Shown: positions 10,008-19,589, numbered from the stretch's first letter. The stretch: DNA of 64,000 nucleotides from Rikenellaceae bacterium (GCA_031551275.1 JAVBNX010000018.1:5501-69500), one strand, 5' to 3'. Notes: generated by a model from the sequence alone, not told the origin. A program made the numbers and translations.

Positions 10008-11750
10008 ATGAAAACATACAAAAAATACATAGGCATTTTGGCCGCGCTCGCGGCGATGCAGGGGTGCTACGACCTGGATATGTATCCCACCACCCAGATC
10101 TCGTCCGGAACCTTCTGGTTGGATGAGGAGGACGCCAAGGAGGGGATCATGTCGGTCTACGCGAACATGAACGAGGAGGGTTCTTATGGCTATTGCGTGC
10201 TGCAGGATACCTATACCGACGTGGCTCAGGGCCCCGGAAGCGCCCGCGAGATCGGTACGCTGACCGGAGCGGACGCCCACCTGGTCAACAACTGGCAGCA
10301 CACCTGGGAGGGCGTGCAAAGGGCCAACCACGTGATCGCCATGGTCTCCCCGATGGGGGAGGAGAAGATCAACCCCCTCTCCAAAGCCCGTATCCTGGGC
10401 GAGGCCTACTTCATGCGGGCGTTGTACTACTTCCACCTAACCGACCTGTTCGGGGACCTGCCCATCTACGACGAAAGCTGGGAGGTAACGGAGAATTTTA
10501 CCCGGATGTACCTGCCCCGCAGCCCCCAATCCGATGTGTGGGACTTTATCATCTCCTCCCTGGACAAGGCCGTGGAGAGCCTGCCGGTGGCGTGGCCCGC
10601 GAGCGATTACGGCCGGGCGACCAAAGGGGCCGCCTACGCCCTGAGGGGGAAGGCCAAACTCTGGAAAAAAGACTACAAGGGAGCCATTGCGGACTTCGAG
10701 GAGATCGTTTACAACAAGACCTACGAATTCGGCTACACCCTCTACCCCAATCTGATGACGCTGTTCCTGACCGCGGGACCCGTTCCCGGCGACAAGGAGA
10801 CGATCTTCGCCATCCAGGCCAGCGGGATGTTGAACAACAACCTCGGGACGAGGGTAAACGTGCTGTTCGGCAACCGGGGAACCTACCTCAACGCCCAGGC
10901 GACCTGTACGCCCTCGGTCGATCTGGCCGATATGTACGAGTACAAGGACGGCAAGCCTTTCAGTTGGACGGAGATCTATCCCGACTGGGACGACTACGAC
11001 CCCGTTACCAAGACCTATCCCCGCAAGGAGGAGGTATTCCGCGGGGCGATCTCGGGGGTTACCCTTACCAAGATGCCCGACACCACCGCGCTGGGTAAGC
11101 TCTACCGCAGCCGCGACCCGAGGCTCTGCCAGACCATCATCGTGCCCTGGTCGACCTACCTGGGCTGGTCGGGCTCGGCGGCTAAGAACTTGCTGTTGGC
11201 CGTGGCCGACGGGGGCTCGGTGGCCAACGGGTTCATCCCCCAGGACCGGGGCTACTGGACCCACTACTACCGCAAGTTCGTCTACACGGGCGATTTGAAC
11301 GGTACGGTTCCCAACAACCGCTACAACTGTCCCATCAACGTGCCCCTGATCCGGCTTGCGGACGTGCTGCTGATGCTCTCCGAGGCCTACAACGAGGACA
11401 ACCAGCTCGACAAGGCCATCATTGAACTCAACAAGGTCAGGGCCAGGTTCTCGACCGGTATGCCGGGGCTGAACAGCGGCCCGGCGTGGCTGGCGGTCGG
11501 TAACAAACAGCAGATGCAGCAGAGGATCATCAAGGAGCGCGCCCTCGAACTCCACGGCGAAGGCCACCGCTTCGGCGATCTGAGGCGTTGGGGTGTGGCT
11601 GAGGATCTGCTCGACCAGAGCAAGGTCAGGGCCGTGGACGGGATGCACCAGTTTACCCGCTCGTTCAAGGAGCGCAACTATCTGTGGCCCCTGCCGACCG
11701 AGGAGTTGATCAACTGTCCCAATCTTTTACCCAATAACAACGGCTGGTAA
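10008..11750 (+). CDS. SusD/RagB-family nutrient-binding lipoprotein
   Basis: 580 aa, immediately downstream of SusC. Lipobox LAAMQGC. Typical SusD TPR-like segments (RANHVIAMV, EAYFMRALYYFHL, LLMLSEAYNE, ERALELHGEGHRFGDLRRWG). Confidence 0.92.
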   Translation: MKTYKKYIGILAALAAMQGCYDLDMYPTTQISSGTFWLDEEDAKEGIMSVYANMNEEGSYGYCVLQDTYTDVAQGPGSAREIGTLTGADAHLVNNWQHTWEGVQRANHVIAMVSPMGEEKINPLSKARILGEAYFMRALYYFHLTDLFGDLPIYDESWEVTENFTRMYLPRSPQSDVWDFIISSLDKAVESLPVAWPASDYGRATKGAAYALRGKAKLWKKDYKGAIADFEEIVYNKTYEFGYTLYPNLMTLFLTAGPVPGDKETIFAIQASGMLNNNLGTRVNVLFGNRGTYLNAQATCTPSVDLADMYEYKDGKPFSWTEIYPDWDDYDPVTKTYPRKEEVFRGAISGVTLTKMPDTTALGKLYRSRDPRLCQTIIVPWSTYLGWSGSAAKNLLLAVADGGSVANGFIPQDRGYWTHYYRKFVYTGDLNGTVPNNRYNCPINVPLIRLADVLLMLSEAYNEDNQLDKAIIELNKVRARFSTGMPGLNSGPAWLAVGNKQQMQQRIIKERALELHGEGHRFGDLRRWGVAEDLLDQSKVRAVDGMHQFTRSFKERNYLWPLPTEELINCPNLLPNNNGW

Positions 11751-11757
11751 TACTTTT

Positions 11758-12963
11758 ATGCGAAATTACATTCTTTTAGCCTTCCTGCCCCTGGCAATTT
11801 TCTCCTGCAAGCAGGCCCCTCAACAGGCTTACTCAGACAGCATGGATCCGGCAGCCATACGCCGGGTGGTCAACGATGCGATCGTATGGCAGACGCAGAA
11901 CATGCCCCAGGCGGGCCGCCACGAGTGGAATCCCCAATACACCGGCTGGGCCGACGGGGTCTTCCTGAGCGCGGTCTCCGACTGGGCCGAATACGATAAC
12001 GAGCGGAGCCTCAGGGAGTGGTACCAGGGGGTCGCCGAAAAGGTGCGTTGGGAACCTGCCTGGCGCACGATCAACCCCGCCAACGACGTGGCCGTGAGCC
12101 TGGCTTACGCGAAGATCTGGCAGAACGCCGAGATCAAGGAGCGCTTCCCTCTCTCCGAGATCGGGGAGTGGAACACCGACAAGGTACGCGAGTTGTTCGG
12201 CGGCTGGGGGCCTCTGATCCCCACCATCGAGAGGCTGGACTACCAGATGAAGTACTGCCCGCAGACCGACGACAGCCTTCGTTTCGAGAACCCGCTCAAC
12301 CACGAGCGCTGGTGCTGGTGCGACGCGCTGTACATGGCCGCGCCGACCTACGTGGCGTTCGCCAACATTACAGGCAACCAAGCGTACCTCGACTTCATGG
12401 AGAAGGAGTTCTGGCTTACCTTCGATGTGCTCTACTCCCCCCAGGACAGCCTGATCTACCGCGACACCCGCTTTATCGGGCAAAAGGAGAAAAACGGTGC
12501 CAAAGTCTTCTGGGGCCGGGGCAACGGCTGGGTGTTGGGCGCGCTGGCGCGTGTGATCGATCTGCTGCCGGCGGACTATCCCACCCGGGACCGCTACGTG
12601 GAGATGTACCAGCAGATGATGGCCCGGGTCGCCTCCCTGCAGGATGAGAACGGCTACTGGCATACCAGCATGCTCGATACGGAGAACTACACCTCCCCAG
12701 AGACCAGCGCGACGGGCTTCTTTACCTACGCGCTCTGGTGGGGGATCAACCGGGGGCTGATGGGCGAGGAGTATGTGCCGAAGGCCGAAAAAGCGTGGAA
12801 AGCGATGGTCGCGGCGGTCCATCCCGGCGGCAAACTGGGCTATGTGCAGCCCATCGGCGACGCGCCCGAGAACATATCCTTTGAAAAAAACGAGGTGTAC
12901 GGCACGGCCGCCTTCGCCCTGGCGGGGCTTGAGGCTGCCCGGTACGCCGAAACGATCGATTGA
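11758..12963 (+). CDS. GH105-like unsaturated rhamnogalacturonyl/glucuronyl hydrolase, lipoprotein
   Basis: 401 aa. Lipobox LAIFSC. YteR/YesR-type motifs WCWCDALYMAAP and FWGRGNGWVLGALARV. Confidence 0.8.
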   Translation: MRNYILLAFLPLAIFSCKQAPQQAYSDSMDPAAIRRVVNDAIVWQTQNMPQAGRHEWNPQYTGWADGVFLSAVSDWAEYDNERSLREWYQGVAEKVRWEPAWRTINPANDVAVSLAYAKIWQNAEIKERFPLSEIGEWNTDKVRELFGGWGPLIPTIERLDYQMKYCPQTDDSLRFENPLNHERWCWCDALYMAAPTYVAFANITGNQAYLDFMEKEFWLTFDVLYSPQDSLIYRDTRFIGQKEKNGAKVFWGRGNGWVLGALARVIDLLPADYPTRDRYVEMYQQMMARVASLQDENGYWHTSMLDTENYTSPETSATGFFTYALWWGINRGLMGEEYVPKAEKAWKAMVAAVHPGGKLGYVQPIGDAPENISFEKNEVYGTAAFALAGLEAARYAETID

Positions 12964-12965
12964 CC

Positions 12966-14132
12966 ATGACATCCAGAGAGAGAATTCAATTAGCCGTCGA
13001 CCACAAAGAGGCCGATAGGGTACCCTATGACCTGGCCGGGACGACCGTGACCGGGATCTGCGTCGGGGCATTCAAAAACGCCATGCGCGAGAGGGGACTC
13101 TCCACCGAATTCCAGAAGGAGGTGGATCCCATTTCGCAGATCGTAACCCCCGTCGAGGAGACGCTCGAGGTGTTGAAATCCGACACGCGCCGCATCGGTG
13201 CGCGCCGGGTAATCGACTACGAGGATATCCGCACCAAGCAGGGGACGGAGTGGTCGCTGGTCGACCATTGGGACTGCCTGTGGAAACTGGACGAGACCAA
13301 GGACCTCTACTACAACCAGTTTACACACCCGTTGGAGAGCTACGACTCGATTACCGAGGGGTTGCAGAAATGGCACGTGCCAGACTGGAGCAAATACGTG
13401 CCCCAGATGGAGAAGGACATCGCCGAGCAGGCTCCCTTCCTGGACGGATACGCCGGGATCGCCGACAGGAATTGCGCGGGGCTGACCGAGATGTCGCTCC
13501 GCATCCGGGGCTACACCAAGTGGTACATGGACCTGTTCCTCGATCCCGAGGGGGTGGACGCGCTTCTGGAACAGATTACCCAACACAAGCTCGACTACTG
13601 GAAGTCGCTGTTCGACTGGATGGATAAAAACGGGGTAACCCAGAAGATCGACGTGGTCAGCGAGTGCGACGATCTGGGAACCCAGTCCTCGACGCTGATC
13701 GACCCCGACCAGTTGCGCGAGCTGGTCATCCCGCGTTTCAAGCGGATCTGGGCTTATACCAAGCAGCGCGCTCCCCACGCCAAAAACTTCATGCACACCT
13801 GCGGGGCGGTCAGGCCCCTGCTGCCCGATCTGATCGAGGCGGGGCTGGATATCTACAACCCGGTGCAGTTTACCGCCAAGGACATGGACCTGGCGGGATT
13901 GAAGCGCGACTTCGGGAAAGACCTGGTCTTCTGGGGCGGGGGGATCGACACCCAGTCGACCCTGTGCAAGGGTACCCCCCAGCAGGTCTCGGACGAGATC
14001 AAGCGCATACTCGACATCATGGCCCCGGGCGGAGGCTTCGTCTTCGCCCCGGTGCACAACATTCAGGACGACGTTTCGGCCGCCAACTTCTGGGCCATGT
14101 GGGACACGTTGCAGGAGTACGGAAAATATTAG
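12966..14132 (+). CDS. uroporphyrinogen decarboxylase (URO-D)/MtaA-like family protein, cytoplasmic
   Basis: The first ATG is at 12966 (the track starts at TTG 12960). No signal peptide. N-terminus MTSRERIQLAVDHKEADRVPYDL and C-terminus PGGGFVFAPVHNIQ are typical of the URO-D TIM-barrel family. An H-x-C motif (FMHTCGAV) resembles the Zn site of MtaA-type methyltransferases. Confidence 0.7.
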   Translation: MTSRERIQLAVDHKEADRVPYDLAGTTVTGICVGAFKNAMRERGLSTEFQKEVDPISQIVTPVEETLEVLKSDTRRIGARRVIDYEDIRTKQGTEWSLVDHWDCLWKLDETKDLYYNQFTHPLESYDSITEGLQKWHVPDWSKYVPQMEKDIAEQAPFLDGYAGIADRNCAGLTEMSLRIRGYTKWYMDLFLDPEGVDALLEQITQHKLDYWKSLFDWMDKNGVTQKIDVVSECDDLGTQSSTLIDPDQLRELVIPRFKRIWAYTKQRAPHAKNFMHTCGAVRPLLPDLIEAGLDIYNPVQFTAKDMDLAGLKRDFGKDLVFWGGGIDTQSTLCKGTPQQVSDEIKRILDIMAPGGGFVFAPVHNIQDDVSAANFWAMWDTLQEYGKY

Positions 14133-14138
14133 GATACC

Positions 14139-15395
14139 ATGAAAAACTACCGCTGGACGATCTGCGCCCTGTTGTTCTTCGCCACCACGATCAACTACCT
14201 CGACAGGGCGGTGATCGGCCTGTTGAAAGAGACCTTGACCGGGGAGTTCAACTGGAGCGAGAGCGACTACGGCAACATCATCATCTGTTTCCAGGTCGCC
14301 TACGCCGTTTCGCTGCTGGGCGTGGGCTGGATCATCGACAAGGTGGGGACCAAACTGGGTTACACCCTTTCGATGATCGTCTGGAGCGTGGCCGCCGTCT
14401 TCCACGCCTTCGCGCGCGGGACTGTGGGCTTCGGCGCGGCAAGGGCCATGCTGGGCGCGGGCGAGGCGGGTAACTTCCCCGCCGCCAACAAGACCGTGGC
14501 CGAGTGGTTCCCCTTGAAGGAGCGCGCCCTGGCCACCGGGATCTACAACTCGGGATCGACCATCGGGGCCATCGTCGCGCCGATCGCCGTGCCGTTCATC
14601 GCCATCCAGTGGGGATGGAAATGGGCCTTTATCGCCACGGGTCTGATCGGGTTTATCTGGCTGGTCTTCTGGTTGCTTTGCTACCGCGCGCCGGACAAGG
14701 CGCAGGTGGAAGCCATGCAGGCCGAGCAACCCGAACCGGAGGAGTCCACCGCCAAGGTAAGCTGGTTCAGGCTGTTGGGTTACAAGCAGACCTGGGCTTT
14801 CGTGGTGGGGAAATTCTTCTCCGACCCCGTCTGGTGGTTCTTTTTGTTCTGGCTTCCCGCCTTCCTTAAATCGGAGTACGGGCTGACCGGGATGCAGGTC
14901 TCGCTGCCCTTGATCGTGGTCTACGCCATCTCCTCGGTGGGGAGCGTGTTCGGCGGCTGGCTGCCCAAACGGATGATCGAGGCGGGCAGAAGCGAGTCGG
15001 GCTCACGCAAGACCTCGATGCTGGTCTACGCGTTGATCCCGCTCCTGGTGCTGGTGGCCCAATGGGCGGGACGGTTCAATATGTGGTACGCGATCATTAT
15101 CATCGCGCTGGCTTGCGCGGCGCACTGCGCGTGGATGGCCAATTTGTTCGCCACGGTCTCTGATATGTTCCCCAAGAAGGCCGTCGCCTCGGTAACGGGC
15201 ATCGGCGGGATGGCCGGATCGGTGGGCGGGATCCTGATCGCCTGGGCCGCCGGTCTGCTCTTCGACCACTACAAGGCGATGGGCGATATCCGCGTGGGCT
15301 ACGGGATCATGTTCATGGTCTGCGCAGTGGCCTACCTGATCGCCTGGCTGATCATGCATTTCCTGGTCCCGAAATACAAGCGCCTCGATATATGA
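14139..15395 (+). CDS. MFS transporter, hexuronate (ExuT)-like
   Basis: 418 aa with about 12 predicted hydrophobic segments. N-terminus WTICALLFFATTINYLDRAVIGLLK is characteristic of the ACS/ExuT subfamily. Confidence 0.85.
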   Translation: MKNYRWTICALLFFATTINYLDRAVIGLLKETLTGEFNWSESDYGNIIICFQVAYAVSLLGVGWIIDKVGTKLGYTLSMIVWSVAAVFHAFARGTVGFGAARAMLGAGEAGNFPAANKTVAEWFPLKERALATGIYNSGSTIGAIVAPIAVPFIAIQWGWKWAFIATGLIGFIWLVFWLLCYRAPDKAQVEAMQAEQPEPEESTAKVSWFRLLGYKQTWAFVVGKFFSDPVWWFFLFWLPAFLKSEYGLTGMQVSLPLIVVYAISSVGSVFGGWLPKRMIEAGRSESGSRKTSMLVYALIPLLVLVAQWAGRFNMWYAIIIIALACAAHCAWMANLFATVSDMFPKKAVASVTGIGGMAGSVGGILIAWAAGLLFDHYKAMGDIRVGYGIMFMVCAVAYLIAWLIMHFLVPKYKRLDI

Positions 15396-16657
15396 AAAAG
15401 CTGATCTTTGCGGCGGTCGGTTTGTTGGCGGCCGCCTGCTGCCGGGTTGCTGAACCGAAGCCCGAACCGGGCGCGTTTTGCGTGAACATCCCCGCGGAGC
15501 ATCCCCGGATGGTTTTGAACAAGGCTGAGTTGGAAGCCCTTAAAGCGCATGTCGCCTCGGCGGAACAGCCCTGGAAAGGCGCGTGGGAAAACCTGCAGGC
15601 CACGGTCGAAAAGTACGCTTCCGACGAGTGGCAGCCCGATGTGTACATGGGCGACAACACGATGGATTACTACAAAGCCCTGATGCGGGACGGGGACGCG
15701 GCACGCGATCTGGCGATCGCCTACTGGGTCTCCGGCGAGGAGAGGTACGCCCGAAAAGGGGCGGCGATCCTCGCGGCCTGGCTGCCCAAAGAGGGTGCGC
15801 TGCCCGGCACGGCCTTCGATATGGAGGTCAACTACCCCAACCTGGGGATGCTGACCGGGCGGAGTATTTTTCCGTACCTCTACGCCTACGATCTGTTGAA
15901 AGGGGCGGGTAAGATCCCCGCCGGGGCGGATGCCAGGCTCGAGGAGTGGCTGCGCAGCCGCGTGGAGTACGTCAAGCAAGGCTCCCTGCGTTGGCGCGAC
16001 AGCAACTACTTTGACCGCCAATGGTACCAGAACCACCTGGTGGCCGACGCGATGGGCCTGATGGCGATCGCCGTGACCCTGAGGGACAGCGCGCTGATGC
16101 AGTATGCGGTCGACTCGCCCATCAACGAAAGGGACGTTAAGGAGTTGGTCTCCGGAATAATCCTGATGGAGGGCCAGCCAAAATACTACCGCGAGCCGGG
16201 CGACTGGCCCACCCAAACGGGCGAGATCGCCGACCGCTACCGCCATTTCGCCATAGGCGGACATTACAAAGATTATGTAACTTTGCCCGACCGGGGACTG
16301 CAATACTGCGGGCTTTCGTCGAGCCTGCTGCTCTCCATCGCCGAGATGGGACGGCACAACGGGATCGACGTCTACCAATACGTCGCGCCCGAGGGGGAGA
16401 ACCTCAAGCTGCCGATGCTGTTCTATTCGGAGTTCTACATCACGCACGATTCGTCGGTCAACGGCGGGTTCTATGCCGGGGAGGACGACTGGATCAACGC
16501 TGGGGACGCCGACACGTGGGAGATGTGGGAGGTGGCCAATAAACGGTGGCCCGGCGAGGAAAAATTCCGCGAAGTGTTGCGCGTCAACCGGGGGAATTAC
16601 CTTTCGATGCACCAACTGGGGCCGGTTTCGCTGACCCATGCGGAAAAAATAGATTAA
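15392..16657 (+). CDS. polysaccharide lyase-like (alpha/alpha)-toroid lipoprotein (alginate_lyase/PL5-PL38-like), paralog 1
   Basis: 421 aa. ATGA start/stop overlap with the MFS gene. Lipobox LAAAC. Motif WYQNHLVADAMG contains an Asn-His pair like the catalytic NH of PL5-type lyases, and GEIADRYRHFAIGGHY gives an Arg/Tyr segment. CAZy family not assigned. Confidence 0.55.
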   Translation: MKKLIFAAVGLLAAACCRVAEPKPEPGAFCVNIPAEHPRMVLNKAELEALKAHVASAEQPWKGAWENLQATVEKYASDEWQPDVYMGDNTMDYYKALMRDGDAARDLAIAYWVSGEERYARKGAAILAAWLPKEGALPGTAFDMEVNYPNLGMLTGRSIFPYLYAYDLLKGAGKIPAGADARLEEWLRSRVEYVKQGSLRWRDSNYFDRQWYQNHLVADAMGLMAIAVTLRDSALMQYAVDSPINERDVKELVSGIILMEGQPKYYREPGDWPTQTGEIADRYRHFAIGGHYKDYVTLPDRGLQYCGLSSSLLLSIAEMGRHNGIDVYQYVAPEGENLKLPMLFYSEFYITHDSSVNGGFYAGEDDWINAGDADTWEMWEVANKRWPGEEKFREVLRVNRGNYLSMHQLGPVSLTHAEKID

Positions 16658-16658
16658 A

Positions 16659-18599
16659 ATGAAAAAAATCCTTTTGCTGTTGTGCCTTTTGGCCGGGATG
16701 AAGGCCTTCGGGGCCTTTCCGGAGCGTCCACGGTTGGTCCTTTCGGCCTCGGACCTGGTGGAGTTGAGAGAGCATGTGGAGTCGGAGAAGCAGCCCTGGA
16801 AATGGGCCTGGGAGAACCTGCAAAAGGATGCCGAGCGGTATATGGCGGAGAAATTCCAGCCCATGCCCTACTTCGGGCCCGACAGCAAAAAGTGCTACGA
16901 CGTTTTGATGCGGGACGCCTACGCGGCCCGCGACCTGGCCATCGCCTATTACGCCTCGGGCGAGAAGCGCTACGCCGAAAAGGCCGCCATGATCCTGGCC
17001 GCGTGGCTGCCCAGGGAGGGCCCCCTGCCCGGGACGGCGTTCGATCCCGAGTTGAACTACTCGAGCCTGGGGATGCTTGCCGCCCGCTCGATCTTCCCCT
17101 ACCTCTACGCCTACGACCTGTTGAAAGGGGGCGGCATGATCCCCGAGGGGGCCGATGCGAGGCTGGAGGAGTGGTTGAGAAGCCGTGCGGAGCAAATCCG
17201 CGAGGGAGCCCGCCGGTGGAAGGATAACGACTACTTCGATAAGCAGTATTACCAGAACCACATCGTCGCCGACGCGATGGGCCTGATGGCGATCGGGATC
17301 ACTTTGGGCGACGAACAGATGGTCCGGTACGCGGTCGACTCGCCCGGGAACGAGCGCGATCTGAAAGATTTGATCGCCGGGATCATCCTGATGGAGGGCG
17401 AGAAACCCTACTACCGCGAGCCGGGCGACTGGCCCGTGCAGACGGGCGAGATCGCCGACCGCTACCGCCACTTCGAGATCGGGGGGCACTACAAGGACTA
17501 TGTGACCAAGCCCAACCGGGGGCTGCAGTACTGCGGGCTCTCGACCACGCTGTTGATGATCGCCGCCGAGATGGGGCGTTTGAACGGGATCGACCTGTGG
17601 GGCTATGTCGCCCCGGGGGGCGAAACGCTGCGCCTGCCGTTGGAGTTCTACTCGGGATTCTATTACCTGAAAAGCGATACGATCCAGGGCGGGTTCTACA
17701 CCGGGGAGAAACCCTGGATCAACGGCAACGAGTCGTGCACCTGGACGATGTGGGAGGTGGGCAACAAGCGCCTGCCCGGCGAAAAGAAATTCGAGGCGGT
17801 CCTGGAGGCCAACCGGGGCGGGAAGTATATGCCCCTGCATTTGCTGGGCCCCGTGGCGTTGACCCACGCCGTGGCCCTGACTCCGGAGCAGGAGATGGCT
17901 GCCCTCAAATTGCTTCCCTGGAAGACAACCTTTGAGGACGGTATGAGAGGCGATTGGCAGGAGAAATGGCATCTGGATGGCGAGGTCGGGACGGTAAAAA
18001 CCTCGCCCAAAGGGCTGGAAATGAAGGCCGGGCCCCAGGAGAAGAACAACGCCGACCACATGGTTTTGTGGGCCAAACCGGAGTTCAAGGGCCCCGTCAG
18101 GATCGAATACGACTTTACCCGGTTGGATAAATCGAAGGCCGGGACGGTCAATATCATCTACCTGATGGCCACCGGAAGCGGCCAGGGCCCCTACAAGGAG
18201 GATATTTTCGAATGGAACGACCTGCGCAAAGTCCCCGCGATGGCTACCTATTTCGACCACATGAACGCCTACCACATCAGCTACGCGACCGTGGACCCGG
18301 AGGGCAGCTACGTACGTGCGCGCAGATATATGCCCCTGCTGAACAAGGGATTGAACGGCACGGCTTTAACGCCCGAGTACATCCATGCCGATATGTTCAA
18401 GCCCGGCGTGAAGTACCACATCACAGTCATCCAACACGGCGACAGGCTCTTTCTGGAGGCGACCGGCAAGGGGAAGACCGAGCTCTTCTGGTTCGATACC
18501 TCGACCCTGCCGCCTTTGGACCGCGGGCGCGTAGGCCTGCGGTTGATGTGGACGCGCAACTCGCTCTTCTCGGATTTCTCGGTCGGAACGCTGGAATAA
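16659..18599 (+). CDS. polysaccharide lyase-like toroid protein, paralog 2, with C-terminal YesU/DUF1961-like (ConA-like) domain
   Basis: 646 aa with an SPI-type signal (MKAFGAF). The first ~410 aa are about 70-75 percent identical, by eye alignment, to the upstream gene (YYQNHIVADAMG, GEIADRYRHFEIGGHY). The extra ~230-aa C-terminal domain (nt ~17901-18599) resembles DUF1961 by recall. Confidence 0.55.
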   Translation: MKKILLLLCLLAGMKAFGAFPERPRLVLSASDLVELREHVESEKQPWKWAWENLQKDAERYMAEKFQPMPYFGPDSKKCYDVLMRDAYAARDLAIAYYASGEKRYAEKAAMILAAWLPREGPLPGTAFDPELNYSSLGMLAARSIFPYLYAYDLLKGGGMIPEGADARLEEWLRSRAEQIREGARRWKDNDYFDKQYYQNHIVADAMGLMAIGITLGDEQMVRYAVDSPGNERDLKDLIAGIILMEGEKPYYREPGDWPVQTGEIADRYRHFEIGGHYKDYVTKPNRGLQYCGLSTTLLMIAAEMGRLNGIDLWGYVAPGGETLRLPLEFYSGFYYLKSDTIQGGFYTGEKPWINGNESCTWTMWEVGNKRLPGEKKFEAVLEANRGGKYMPLHLLGPVALTHAVALTPEQEMAALKLLPWKTTFEDGMRGDWQEKWHLDGEVGTVKTSPKGLEMKAGPQEKNNADHMVLWAKPEFKGPVRIEYDFTRLDKSKAGTVNIIYLMATGSGQGPYKEDIFEWNDLRKVPAMATYFDHMNAYHISYATVDPEGSYVRARRYMPLLNKGLNGTALTPEYIHADMFKPGVKYHITVIQHGDRLFLEATGKGKTELFWFDTSTLPPLDRGRVGLRLMWTRNSLFSDFSVGTLE

Positions 18600-18605
18600 A
18601 ATAAA

Positions 18606-18630
18606 GAAGGGAGCCTCAAAGGCTCCCTTC
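18606..18630. terminator. bidirectional hairpin between convergent genes
   Basis: gaagggagcct/caa/aggctcccttc forms a perfect 11-bp stem, sitting between the lyase paralog 2 stop and the methyltransferase stop. Confidence 0.5.
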
Positions 18631-18634
18631 CCGG

Positions 18635-19408
18635 TTACAGTTTCCTGCCTATGTAGAACACATAGCCGTAAAACTCCTTGTATTTGTGGTAGAGTCCCAT
18701 TTCATGGCGTTGGCTGGCGATCAGCGACTCGGCGGTGGGATTTCCTGCGTATTTCTTCAGGAAGATCTCCTGCGCGGCCGCCTGCGGGGCGTAGAAATCC
18801 TCGGTCCAGCAGCTCTCCGGCAGGATAAAGTGCGCGACCGGGACATACCCCGCCCGTTGCATCTGGGCGACGTTGTCGGGGATCGTCGTGATCAGGGGGT
18901 AGGAGTCCATCCAGAACTTTTCGATCTCGGCGGGACGCTCGGCCGTAAACCACGACGCCTCGGTCACGGCGACGTAGCCGCCGGGTTTGAGCATGCGCCG
19001 CCACTCGGTCAGGCCCCTCTCGAAGCCGATGTTGTAGATCGCGCCCTCCGACCAGATCAGGTCCAGCTCTTCATCCCCGAAGGAGAGGTCGTCCATCGAG
19101 CCGACCACGCCCTGCACCCTGTCTTGGAGGCCCAGGGCGGCGGCGTTCGCGTTGAACCGGTCGATAAAGGCGGGGAACAGGTCGATGCCGGTAATATGTC
19201 CCTGGACGTGCTGCGCCAGGGTCATGGTCTGGCCGCCCGTGCCGCAGCCGATATCGGCGATGCGGGATTGGGGAGTCAGGTTATCGATGTATTCCAGCGC
19301 CCTGAGGGTCATTTCGGGGCTTCCCGGGCCTTGGCGTTCAACGCCTGAGAAGTATTCGCAGATCAGGTTGAAGTCGAAATCGTGAACGGTTTTATATTCG
19401 TTTTCCAT
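18635..19408 (-). CDS. class I SAM-dependent methyltransferase
   Basis: 257 aa. SAM motif [13 protein letters not shown], followed by LKPGGYVAV (post-II/III motifs). Confidence 0.85.
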   Translation of the reverse strand: MENEYKTVHDFDFNLICEYFSGVERQGPGSPEMTLRALEYIDNLTPQSRIADIGCGTGGQTMTLAQHVQGHITGIDLFPAFIDRFNANAAALGLQDRVQGVVGSMDDLSFGDEELDLIWSEGAIYNIGFERGLTEWRRMLKPGGYVAVTEASWFTAERPAEIEKFWMDSYPLITTIPDNVAQMQRAGYVPVAHFILPESCWTEDFYAPQAAAQEIFLKKYAGNPTAESLIASQRHEMGLYHKYKEFYGYVFYIGRKL

Positions 19409-19589
19409 TGTTGTTTTTCGTTGAAAATCAATAATAAAAAGAGTGCCCGGAAAGAGAATTCCGGGAAAAACGAAAGGGACAATCCGAAAGTTTAATGCTT
19501 CACGGATTGTTTACAACACCGAATCCGAATATAGGAAGAGGGTAAACATCCAAGGGTTTTAGTACTGCAAAGGTAAGCAAAGTTTCTGG

